A DNA stretch of 64,000 bases from Bacteroidota bacterium (GTDB taxonomy: Bacteria > Bacteroidota > Bacteroidia > Bacteroidales > GCA-2711565), in contig JAHIVC010000069.1 of assembly GCA_018816945.1 (NCBI GenBank), forward strand, positions 37,339 through 101,338, written 5' to 3'. Below, piece by piece: positions 47,862-56,056 of this stretch. Each line of letters opens with the position of its first letter. The stretch's first letter is position 1. Both the position numbers and the translations under genes were made by a program. Under the pieces are notes generated by a model. That model ran no database searches, was not told where the DNA came from, and was given only the letters and a program-made list of their open reading frames with translations.

Positions 47862-48725
47862 ATGAGTATTAATCGAAGAAATTTTTTTAAGTTCCTTAGC
47901 CTAACAGGACTAACTCTAGCTGTTGGAAAGGAATCTGTTGCCCAATCTGATAAGAGCCAGGAAGTAGATTTCTTAAGCATCCTATACGATTCAACCCGCT
48001 GTGTAGGATGTCAAAGTTGTGAATTTGCCTGTGCCGAAGCGCATGATTTACCTGAGCCTGTGGGTTCACCTGAACCCGGTATAATCCGTAAACTTGATGA
48101 GACCAATCGGTGTGTGATTAATTGTTACAACACTTCGAAAGGGGAGATATATGTAAAACAACAATGCATGCATTGCAACGAGCCGGCTTGTTCTTCAGCT
48201 TGCCTCACAAATGCCATGCATAAAACAAAGGAAGGCCCGGTGATCTGGAGAGACAATAAGTGTATGGGATGCCGGTATTGCATGATATCCTGTCCATTTG
48301 ATATTCCTAAATTTGAATTCTATAGCGTAAATCCAAAAATCCAGAAATGCAATATGTGTTTCGACAGGCTCGAAGAAGCTAAAATACCGGCCTGTGTCGA
48401 AAATTGTCCTGCTGAAGCGTTAGTTTTTGGAACGAGAAGAGAATTGATAAAGGAAGCCAGAAAAAGAATAGTTGAAGATCCGGATACATATGTAGATCAA
48501 ATTTATGGCGAACATGAAGCCGGTGGCACTGGCAGCCTGTATTTATCATCTGTGCCATTTAACGAACTGGGATTTAGAACGAACCTTCACAAAACCTCTT
48601 ACCCTGAATTGTCCAAGGGATTTCTTTATAGTGTACCAACCATATTTGTCCTTTGGCCCGCACTATTATTAGGAATAAATGAAGCCACTAAAAATAATCA
48701 CGTAAAAGAAGACGAAAATGAGTAA
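47862..48725 (+). CDS. Tat-exported 4x[4Fe-4S] ferredoxin-like subunit (HybA/PsrB/DsrO-like) with a C-terminal TM anchor
   Basis: Twin-arginine signal NRRNFFKF. Four Cys clusters: CVGCQSCEFAC, CMHCNEPAC, CMGCRYCMISCP and CNMC...CVENCP. A hydrophobic C-terminal helix. Confidence 0.8.
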   Translation: MSINRRNFFKFLSLTGLTLAVGKESVAQSDKSQEVDFLSILYDSTRCVGCQSCEFACAEAHDLPEPVGSPEPGIIRKLDETNRCVINCYNTSKGEIYVKQQCMHCNEPACSSACLTNAMHKTKEGPVIWRDNKCMGCRYCMISCPFDIPKFEFYSVNPKIQKCNMCFDRLEEAKIPACVENCPAEALVFGTRRELIKEARKRIVEDPDTYVDQIYGEHEAGGTGSLYLSSVPFNELGFRTNLHKTSYPELSKGFLYSVPTIFVLWPALLLGINEATKNNHVKEDENE

Positions 48726-49947
48726 TACGAAGTATGCCATTGCAAAGGATAATGATGGTAAAAATATGCTGAAATTTTTATTAGGTGAATTGAAACCAAA
48801 AGGTAAAATAATCACGCCTTTTAATATTATATCCGTACCGGTAATTCTGGTCGGAACAGTAATTATTGTCTATCGGTTTATCCACGGATTGGGTTCGGTT
48901 TCAAACATTTCGCAAGAAATTCCATGGGGGCTTTGGAAAGGTTTTAATGTGGTAACCGGAGTTGCCTTTGCCGGTGGTGCTTATGTTCTTACATTTATTG
49001 TTTACATTCTCAATGTCAAGAAGTTTCACTCGTTGGTTAGGATTACGGTTCTCAACGGTTTTCTTGCCTACATGTTTTATGCCGGGGCTCTGGTTCTCGA
49101 CTTAGGAAAACCCTGGAATATTATCAACCCGATTATCGGTAACAGCTTTGGTGCCAGCTCGGTTCTGTTTTTGGTAGCCTGGCATTTCTTACTCTACATG
49201 ATTGCCCAACTGATCGAATTTTCACCGGCAATTGCAGAATGGTTGGGTGCCAGACGGGCTCATAAAATTCTTTCCGGGATGACGCTGGCTGCTGTTATTT
49301 TTGGTATTACTTTGTCAACGCTGCATCAGTCTGGTCTGGGAGCCATGTATTTAATGGCCAAAGAAAAAATACACCCTCTCTGGTATTCTGAGTTTATCCC
49401 GGTCATGTTCTTCGTTTCCAGTATTTTTGCAGGGCTTTCACTGGTTATTTTTGAAGGCTCCATAAGTAAAAAAGTATTTTCTGATCAGATAAGTGATAAA
49501 AACCACAAGGCACACCACGGAATAGTCATCAGCTTTGCAAAAGTTTGTGCCGTTACCATGTTTGCTTACTTTTTTCTTCAGATTCTGGTTTTTGTACACG
49601 GTCAACATTGGGATTTATTAAATACATCGATGGGTTATTGGTACCTGACCGAAATGTTGGGATTTGTACTTTTTCCAATGTTGCTTTTCTTCTATGGTTA
49701 CCGAAGAGATAACTCGTTGTTGGTTAAGATCGCCGCCATCATCACTATGCTAGGGATTATAATTAACCGATTGAATGTGACGATTATAGGTTTTCGATGG
49801 GATGCGGTTCCTCGTTATTATCCATCATGGATGGAAATTGTTGTTTCACTGGCTATAATCTTTACCGAAATTTGGATATTCCGATGGATTATTAATCGCA
49901 TGCCAGTTTTAAGGGAATCTCCCATCTGGGCGAAAAATCAAAAATAA
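48718..49947 (+). CDS. NrfD/PsrC/HybB-family integral membrane quinone-interacting subunit
   Basis: 409 aa with about 10 TM helices. It overlaps the FeS subunit gene by 8 nt. Family assignment rests on size, topology and pairing with a HybA-like gene. Confidence 0.75.
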   Translation: MSNTKYAIAKDNDGKNMLKFLLGELKPKGKIITPFNIISVPVILVGTVIIVYRFIHGLGSVSNISQEIPWGLWKGFNVVTGVAFAGGAYVLTFIVYILNVKKFHSLVRITVLNGFLAYMFYAGALVLDLGKPWNIINPIIGNSFGASSVLFLVAWHFLLYMIAQLIEFSPAIAEWLGARRAHKILSGMTLAAVIFGITLSTLHQSGLGAMYLMAKEKIHPLWYSEFIPVMFFVSSIFAGLSLVIFEGSISKKVFSDQISDKNHKAHHGIVISFAKVCAVTMFAYFFLQILVFVHGQHWDLLNTSMGYWYLTEMLGFVLFPMLLFFYGYRRDNSLLVKIAAIITMLGIIINRLNVTIIGFRWDAVPRYYPSWMEIVVSLAIIFTEIWIFRWIINRMPVLRESPIWAKNQK

Positions 49948-49990
49948 ATTAACCTGTATTCTTTTTTTGAATACCTAAAAAATAAAAGCA

Positions 49991-50710
49991 ATGGACGGAT
50001 TTACTTATCATGATATCTTCCAAACAAAAGGAATAGAATATCTTGTAATTATTGCATTTCTGATTATCCTTATTCCTTTCTGGATCATTATTAATCGAAA
50101 AGACATAATCATTCGGAAAATAAAGGAAACATTTGGAATTCTCACATCAGACATTTTAAAAATCCCTAAAGGGGTATTTTTTAGTAATCATCATACCTGG
50201 GCTCATCTTGAAAAATCAGGAGTCGCTGAGGTTGGTCTGGATGATTGGTTACTCCATTTAGCCGGAGAAGTCGAGTTTGGTCAGATCAAGGAAAAAGGAG
50301 CTGAGATAAAGAAAGGTGAAATACTTACTCAAATAGTTAGTAAAGGTAGGTTCTTGAATATCATTTCACCCATATCCGGGGTGGTTATAGATACCAATCC
50401 CATGCTTCGTGAAGATGCTTCAATAATTGGGCAAGATCCATATAAGAAGGGTTGGATCTGTAAAATAGAACCTTCAAGTTGGAAATCCGAAACTTCTTCC
50501 TTTTATGTTGGTGAGGAAGCTAAGCAATGGCTTAAGATAGAATTGGAACGGTTTAAAGATTTTATTTCCATTTCGTTGGCTAAAAACCATCCTGAAAGCT
50601 CCTTGATTATAATGCAGGAAGGTGGAGAACTTCGCGATCATCCACTTTATGATTTACCTAAGGATGTTTGGCAGGATTTTCAAAAAATATTTTTAGATAG
50701 TGAGGTATAA
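49991..50710 (+). CDS. Membrane-anchored GcvH-like protein (paralog of the C-terminus of 46140-47816)
   Basis: 239 aa. N-terminal TM followed by RKDIIIRKIK, then HTWAHLEKSGVAEVGLDDW...SPISGVV...PYKKGWICKIEP. The tail MQEGGELRD...VWQDFQKIFLD matches LQEGGELKE...VWEDFQSNFID in the larger protein. Confidence 0.6.
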   Translation: MDGFTYHDIFQTKGIEYLVIIAFLIILIPFWIIINRKDIIIRKIKETFGILTSDILKIPKGVFFSNHHTWAHLEKSGVAEVGLDDWLLHLAGEVEFGQIKEKGAEIKKGEILTQIVSKGRFLNIISPISGVVIDTNPMLREDASIIGQDPYKKGWICKIEPSSWKSETSSFYVGEEAKQWLKIELERFKDFISISLAKNHPESSLIIMQEGGELRDHPLYDLPKDVWQDFQKIFLDSEV

Positions 50711-50718
50711 AAGATTGT

Positions 50719-50750
50719 ACAAAACTGGTGATTTATCACCAGTTTTTTGT
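50719..50750 (+). terminator. Rho-independent terminator
   Basis: Stem AAAACTGGTGA / TCACCAGTTTT with loop TTTA, followed by a T-run. Confidence 0.7.
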
Positions 50751-50800
50751 ACTTTGTAGGCTATATTTAAATCTCTGGCATCTTGTAATCATTTCGTGAT

Positions 50801-52468
50801 ATGAATTTATTCAGGCAAAAAAGTAAGATTGGTTTCGAAAATTCATTTATGCACAAATATTTGAGGTTTCATTCTTCGATTTATGGCAGGGTTGTTTATA
50901 TCATTACTATACTTTCAGTAATCCTTTTTCTTTCATTCGGTATCATTTTCAGATCAGTTTATCGGGAATATTTAAATACGGTAATTCGCCAAAGCGGAAA
51001 CAATGTCGGGTCGGTAGTAGAAGGTGCTTTATATTATTCCATGCTTACGAACGACAAGGGCAGCCTCCAAAGTACGATGGATATTATCAATACCATGAAT
51101 GGAATCGATGAAGTAAATATGTACGATAGCAAAGACAGCTTGGCTTATTCTTCCTTTTTTTCTGATTCTATTAATTCAGGCAACCCCAATTGTGTTGCCT
51201 GTCATGATGATTTAAACGAAATGTTTGTCTGGAATGAGAAATCGTATAAAATTATAGATATAAAAAGTGCCTGTAGTATGAATAAGACCGAAAAAGGTCA
51301 CAGGCAACTTCTGATCCGAACCCCGATCATGAATGAAAAATCATGCTATCTCAGTTCATGCCATGCGCATAATGAAAGTGATGAACTTCTTGGTTCGCTG
51401 ATTATTAAAATTCCATTAAATGATCTTGATACCGCTATTCAAAAATCTTCTGCCGAATTTTTTATTCTAGCCATATTAACCACAATTCTTTTAGTGTCCT
51501 TTTTGATTTTATTTACCAGTGATAAAATTAAAAAACCGTTGAATGCCATTATCCAAGCAAGTGAATCTGTTGCCAGAGGTGATAAAAGCACAAGATTGGA
51601 AATTAAACCCAATCTGCTGGATGATATGAGATTGGTGTCACAGGCCTTCAATAATATGCTGGATAATTTGAATGCGGCCAATATTGAGCTCGAAAACTGG
51701 TCGCATCAGCTTGAATACAAGGTACAAAAGAAAACCGTGGAACTTTCAGAAATTCAGCAGGAGTTAATACATATTGAACGGATTGCTTCACTTGGGAAAT
51801 TGTCATCATCAGTTGCACATGAAATAAACAATCCGCTATCAGGTGTATTAACTTATACAAAGCTGGTTCATAAGCAACTTGAAAAATTGGAAATGGATTC
51901 AAAATCAAAGGAATCGATGTTGAAATATTTGAAGGTGATAGAGGCTGAAACAAAACGTTGTGGGGACATTGTAAAGAGTCTTTTGGATTTTTCGAGGAAA
52001 GATGAAGTAAATTTTGAAAATAAATCACTTCACAAGATTTTAAAAGATGCCTACGATTTGATGGCACATCAAATGAAAATATTGAATATCAATTTTTATG
52101 TTGATTTTACAGCCTCGAATGACTTGATAAGTTGTCGTGAAAACCAAATAAAGCAAGCTAGCATTGCAGGTTTAGTGAATGCCTCCGAAGCGGTATCACA
52201 AAATGGTGAAATAGTGATGAAAACTTCTAATCCTGATAAGGATCACATAAAGCTTGAAATTATTGATAATGGCGTAGGAATTACCCCTGATGATATACCA
52301 CATATTTTTGAACCATTCTTTTCTGCCAAACAAAAAGTAAGTGGGATTGGTTTAGGACTAGCAATTGTTCACGGTATAGTTCAAAATCATAAAGGTAAGA
52401 TTGAAGTGGATTCAGAACTGGGTAAAAGAACTACCATTTCCATTATTTTACCATTAGTAAAAATTTAA
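50801..52468 (+). CDS. Sensor histidine kinase with a periplasmic heme-c-motif domain, HAMP, HisKA and HATPase
   Basis: 555 aa. Between TM1 and TM2 lie CVACH (CXXCH) and CYLSSCH (CX4CH). Then a HAMP-like segment, the H-box AHEINNPLSG, and DNGVGI / GIGLGLAI. Confidence 0.85.
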   Translation: MNLFRQKSKIGFENSFMHKYLRFHSSIYGRVVYIITILSVILFLSFGIIFRSVYREYLNTVIRQSGNNVGSVVEGALYYSMLTNDKGSLQSTMDIINTMNGIDEVNMYDSKDSLAYSSFFSDSINSGNPNCVACHDDLNEMFVWNEKSYKIIDIKSACSMNKTEKGHRQLLIRTPIMNEKSCYLSSCHAHNESDELLGSLIIKIPLNDLDTAIQKSSAEFFILAILTTILLVSFLILFTSDKIKKPLNAIIQASESVARGDKSTRLEIKPNLLDDMRLVSQAFNNMLDNLNAANIELENWSHQLEYKVQKKTVELSEIQQELIHIERIASLGKLSSSVAHEINNPLSGVLTYTKLVHKQLEKLEMDSKSKESMLKYLKVIEAETKRCGDIVKSLLDFSRKDEVNFENKSLHKILKDAYDLMAHQMKILNINFYVDFTASNDLISCRENQIKQASIAGLVNASEAVSQNGEIVMKTSNPDKDHIKLEIIDNGVGITPDDIPHIFEPFFSAKQKVSGIGLGLAIVHGIVQNHKGKIEVDSELGKRTTISIILPLVKI

Positions 52469-52472
52469 CGGA

Positions 52473-53822
52473 TTGATTATGTCAAAAAATATTTCAATAC
52501 TAATCGTTGATGATGAAGAATCTGTAAGGGATTCATTATACAACTGGTTTATCGAAGATGGTTATCGTGTCGAATGCGCCGGTAATGCTAAAGAGGCATT
52601 GTCTATTATCGAATCCAGAGAATTTGATATCGTACTAGCGGATATTAAAATGCCCGGCATGGATGGATTGGAAATGCATCGTAGAATAAAAGCGCAAAAT
52701 AAAGAAACCATCGTCATAGTTATGACTGCATTTGCATCGGTTGATACAGCTGTTCAGGCCTTAAAAGATGGTGCCTACGATTACATAACCAAGCCATTTG
52801 ATCCTGACGATCTTTCACATCTGGTTAGAAATGCTGCCAAACAAATTACTTTAAAAGCAGAAAATGAAGCCTTAAGGAACAAAATGAATGAGCTTGAAAA
52901 TGTCGAAGACATTATCGGGAAAAGTGAAGGTATGCTGAAAGTGCTCAAGGAAGTTAAGAGTGTGGCGCAATCTAATTCTTCCGTTATCATTACCGGAGAA
53001 AGTGGTACAGGAAAAGAACTTATTGCCAGGGCCATTCATTTTAATTCTTCCCGCAGGTATTTCCCTTTGGTAAGTGTTCATTGTGGAGCTTTGACGGAAA
53101 GTTTGCTGGAGAGTGAATTGTTTGGTCATGAAAAAGGAGCATTTACAGGTGCCATGTATAACCGAAAAGGCAGGTTCGAAATGGCCGATGGCGGAACGAT
53201 ATTTCTTGATGAAATAGCTACAATTTCTTCAAAAACACAAGTAGAATTGCTACGTGTGCTGGAATCGAAGAGTTTTATGCGGGTAGGGGGTAATAAAGAA
53301 ATCAGTTCCGATTTCAGGGTGATTTGTGCAACCAATAAAGATTTGAAAAAGATGGTGGAGAACGGAACATTCAGAGAGGATTTATTTTATCGGTTGAATG
53401 TGGTTAATATCAATATCCCACCGCTTCGCGATAGGGTAGAGGACATTCCAATGCTGATGAATCATTTTATAATTAAGTATTGTACTGCGATGAGCAGGGA
53501 TATGGTCACAATTGAACCGGCAGCCTTAAAACGCCTGGAGGAATTTGAATTTCCGGGTAACGTACGTGAACTCGAAAATATGATCGAACGTGCCATTGTA
53601 ATCGGGAATGGGAAAGAAATCCGTTTGGCAGATCTTCCGATGGGGAAAGACATCATTTACAGTTCAGTTGAAAGTTTGGATGATCTTGAAAAAAAATACA
53701 TACTGCAAATTCTAAACAAGTATGATTGGAATATTACCCGTTCCGCTAAAGCCCTAAAAGTTGACAGGGTAACCCTTTACAATAAAATCAAAAAATACGA
53801 TTTGAACGCAAGCAAGACATAA
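52473..53822 (+). CDS. Sigma54-dependent response regulator (NtrC/AtoC family)
   Basis: Receiver (ILIVDDE...VLADIKMPGMDG). AAA+ domain with GESGTGKE, the GAFTGA motif (EKGAFTGA) and ESELFGHE. C-terminal Fis-type HTH. Confidence 0.9.
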   Translation: MIMSKNISILIVDDEESVRDSLYNWFIEDGYRVECAGNAKEALSIIESREFDIVLADIKMPGMDGLEMHRRIKAQNKETIVIVMTAFASVDTAVQALKDGAYDYITKPFDPDDLSHLVRNAAKQITLKAENEALRNKMNELENVEDIIGKSEGMLKVLKEVKSVAQSNSSVIITGESGTGKELIARAIHFNSSRRYFPLVSVHCGALTESLLESELFGHEKGAFTGAMYNRKGRFEMADGGTIFLDEIATISSKTQVELLRVLESKSFMRVGGNKEISSDFRVICATNKDLKKMVENGTFREDLFYRLNVVNINIPPLRDRVEDIPMLMNHFIIKYCTAMSRDMVTIEPAALKRLEEFEFPGNVRELENMIERAIVIGNGKEIRLADLPMGKDIIYSSVESLDDLEKKYILQILNKYDWNITRSAKALKVDRVTLYNKIKKYDLNASKT

Positions 53823-53917
53823 AAACTTAAATTTAAGATGGGCTTGTAACCGGATGAAAAGACTGTCACCCGACTAAATATTAACTGTTTTAAAATAACT
53901 AACCTTTCGTTTATAAA

Positions 53918-54451
53918 TTGGATAAGCATAACATCATATTGATTGCTCATGGACAATTCGAAACCAGCTTTCTGAGAGAAATAGCTGAAGAAGTAGCATT
54001 TGAGTATAATTGTTCCGTAGCTGTTCAAGAGAGTCAACTCGATTTGACGAATTTTTATGATCCTACACGCCGGCAATATGATGGGTATAAGTTACTTAAG
54101 GAAATCGAAGGAATGAATATTGCCGGTTATAATAAAAAGATTGGGTTATTTCGGGTCGATTTGTTTATCCCTATTCTCACCTATATTTTCGGTCAGGCTT
54201 TCTTTAAAGGTAATTCAGGAATTGCTTCACTTTACCGACTCAAAAATGAGCAATACGGAATGAAGACCGATCAGAATTTGCTTTTTTATCGTTTCAGAAA
54301 AGTCATCATTCATGAAATTGGTCATACTTTCGGATTGATTCATTGCCATGTTCCAAACTGTGTCATGCGATCAAGTACCTACGTGGAGGATATTGATCAG
54401 AAGAGGAATCATTTGTGCAATAACTGCAGGGAAGAGATGATGAAACACTGA
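53918..54451 (+). CDS. Archaemetzincin-like (M54) zinc metallopeptidase
   Basis: HEIGHTFGLIHC...CVM...CNNC fits the HEXXHXXGX3CX4CXM...CXXC archaemetzincin signature. Confidence 0.75.
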   Translation: MDKHNIILIAHGQFETSFLREIAEEVAFEYNCSVAVQESQLDLTNFYDPTRRQYDGYKLLKEIEGMNIAGYNKKIGLFRVDLFIPILTYIFGQAFFKGNSGIASLYRLKNEQYGMKTDQNLLFYRFRKVIIHEIGHTFGLIHCHVPNCVMRSSTYVEDIDQKRNHLCNNCREEMMKH

Positions 54452-54660
54452 TCTTTTATTTTATTGCTGATTTGACGATATTTTTAAATTCCCCTTCGGG
54501 TGGAATTCTGACTGCTGTGTCAGGCATGTTGCGATGTCGTCGAATTAAATGGTTGAACCTGATTGCTGCAGTCAAGTTTGTAATTAAATACTACAACTTT
54601 TATTAATATTTTTTTCTATAATTGAAAAGGAATTCAAAAATGTATAACGCCGTCTTTTGG

Positions 54661-54897
54661 TTATTCTTTGCAGCTCTTATCGCAAATCGGCGGGGTGGAT
54701 GTTTTCTTACACATGCACCACATTACTTCTTGGTTTTTTTCAAAGGTAACGGCACAAGGTTTTTTACTTGTTCCTCTATGTGATCCATCGCAAAATGGTT
54801 GGGTAGAACTATTTCCGCAGGCACACCAGTGATATTCACCGGCCTCCATACTCATTAATTTAGATTGTACATCCTTTTCTTCTGGTTTATTTTTCAT
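54661..54897 (-). CDS. CDGSH-type iron-sulfur domain protein
   Basis: 78 aa with one canonical CACGNSSTQPFCDGSH motif and a second degenerate one, CMCKKTSTPPICDKSC. Confidence 0.8.
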   Translation of the reverse strand: MKNKPEEKDVQSKLMSMEAGEYHWCACGNSSTQPFCDGSHRGTSKKPCAVTFEKNQEVMWCMCKKTSTPPICDKSCKE

Positions 54898-55211
54898 AAC
54901 TAGCTGATGGTAAATTAATATTAAATTTCATTTGTATATGTTTCTGAAGTCATAGAAAAAGATTTTATTATTATATACAATTGACCTCTAAAAATCTCAA
55001 AAAGTTCTATAAAGCGAATATCGGAAAACTTAGGCCTTTTTCATAATAAAAAAACTTATATTTTATAAGATTTATTAATCCCTTTTTCCATGCTTGCCGA
55101 TCTAAAAAACTAAAAGTAAGTTGTGATTTAAATATGAATAAATTGTTGGTGATTTTGTTTATAAATTTTAAAAGCACTTGCTACAGAATGGTTTCAAGTG
55201 GCTGATTATAA

Positions 55212-55290
55212 GTGTCATGGGTAGTAATCCCGAATCATCGGGAGAACTTACGACCTTCCCGACTTCTAGTCGGGACGCGCTAACCAGATT
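55212..55290 (-). repeat. tRNA-like element, 3'-type copy 1 (pseudo-tRNA with hairpin insertion)
   Basis: The minus strand reads TGGTTAGCGCG-TCCCGACTAGAAGTCGGGA-AGGTCGTAAGTTC-[TCCCGATGATTCGGGA]-TTACTACCCATGACAC. No 5' acceptor strand. Followed by a hairpin. Confidence 0.6.
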
Positions 55291-55330
55291 TTATAAAAAA
55301 AAGAGTCTTAGCATGTTGCTAAAACTCTTA

Positions 55331-55408
55331 GTGTCATGGTGTTAATCCCGAATCTCCGGGAGAACTAACGACCTTCCCGACTTCCAGTCGGGACGCGCTA
55401 ACCAGATT
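55331..55408 (-). repeat. tRNA-like element, 3'-type copy 2
   Basis: Same architecture, with anticodon-like loop CTGGAAG and T-stem GTTA/TAAC (copy 1 has GTAA/TTAC). Followed by a hairpin plus T8. Confidence 0.6.
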
Positions 55409-55452
55409 GTATCAAAAAAAAGAGCTTCATCATCGTGTTGAAACTCTCAGTG

Positions 55453-55527
55453 TCGGGGTAGTAAGATTCGAACTTACGACCTCCTGCTCCCAAAGCAGGC
55501 GCGCTAACCGGACTACGCTATACCCCG
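55453..55527 (-). tRNA. tRNA-Pro (anticodon TGG)
   Basis: Hand-folded 75-nt cloverleaf. Acceptor CGGGGTA/TACCCCG+A, anticodon arm CCTGC-TTTGGGA-GCAGG, and T arm GTAAG-TTCGAAT-CTTAC. Followed by a hairpin plus T8 terminator. Confidence 0.9.
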
Positions 55528-55570
55528 TTTATTTTTATTTAATAAGTATTTTAAAGAACAATTTTATTTT

Positions 55571-55652
55571 CCAATCCTACGACCTTCCCGACTTCCAGTC
55601 GGGATGCGCTAACCTGATGGAGTTTATCCCGAAGATTCGGGACTATACCCCG
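55571..55652 (-). repeat. tRNA-like element, 5'-type copy A
   Basis: The minus strand reads CGGGGTATAG-[TCCCGAATCTTCGGGA]-TAAACTCCATCAGGTTAGCGCA-TCCCGACTGGAAGTCGGGA-AGGTCGTAGGATTGG. It has a 5' acceptor strand but no complete T arm or 3' acceptor. Confidence 0.6.
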
Positions 55653-55694
55653 TATATTTTTATTAATAAGTATTTTAAAGAACAATTTTATTTT

Positions 55695-55777
55695 CCAATC
55701 CTATGACCTTCCCGACTTCCAGTCGGGACGCGCTAACCGAATGGAGTTTATCCCGAAGATTCGGGACTTATACCCCG
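55695..55777 (-). repeat. tRNA-like element, 5'-type copy B
   Basis: Near-identical to copy A, and preceded by the same AT-rich spacer (ATTGTTCTTT(T)AAA..ATTATTAA..) that also precedes tRNA-Pro. Confidence 0.6.
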
Positions 55778-55826
55778 TATTTTTTTATTTTAATAATTAT
55801 TTAAAAGAACAATTCTCCTTTTGTTT

Positions 55827-55916
<90 letters not shown>

Positions 55917-56056
55917 AATAGAGGACTGCAAAAGTATAAAAAGCTTTTGTATTCACAAATGTTTTTTCCACTTTTATTCTAATTATTTTAATGTTCTTTT
56001 TAAAGTAGACATATTAAATTCTTTACGAAATTTGCATAAAATACCTGATAGAAACT

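Noticed and set aside
55407-55706. 99-aa plus-strand ORF
   Set aside because: It lies antisense across tRNA-Pro and the tRNA-like repeats. Its sequence is simply the translation of those structured RNA genes and AT-rich spacers.
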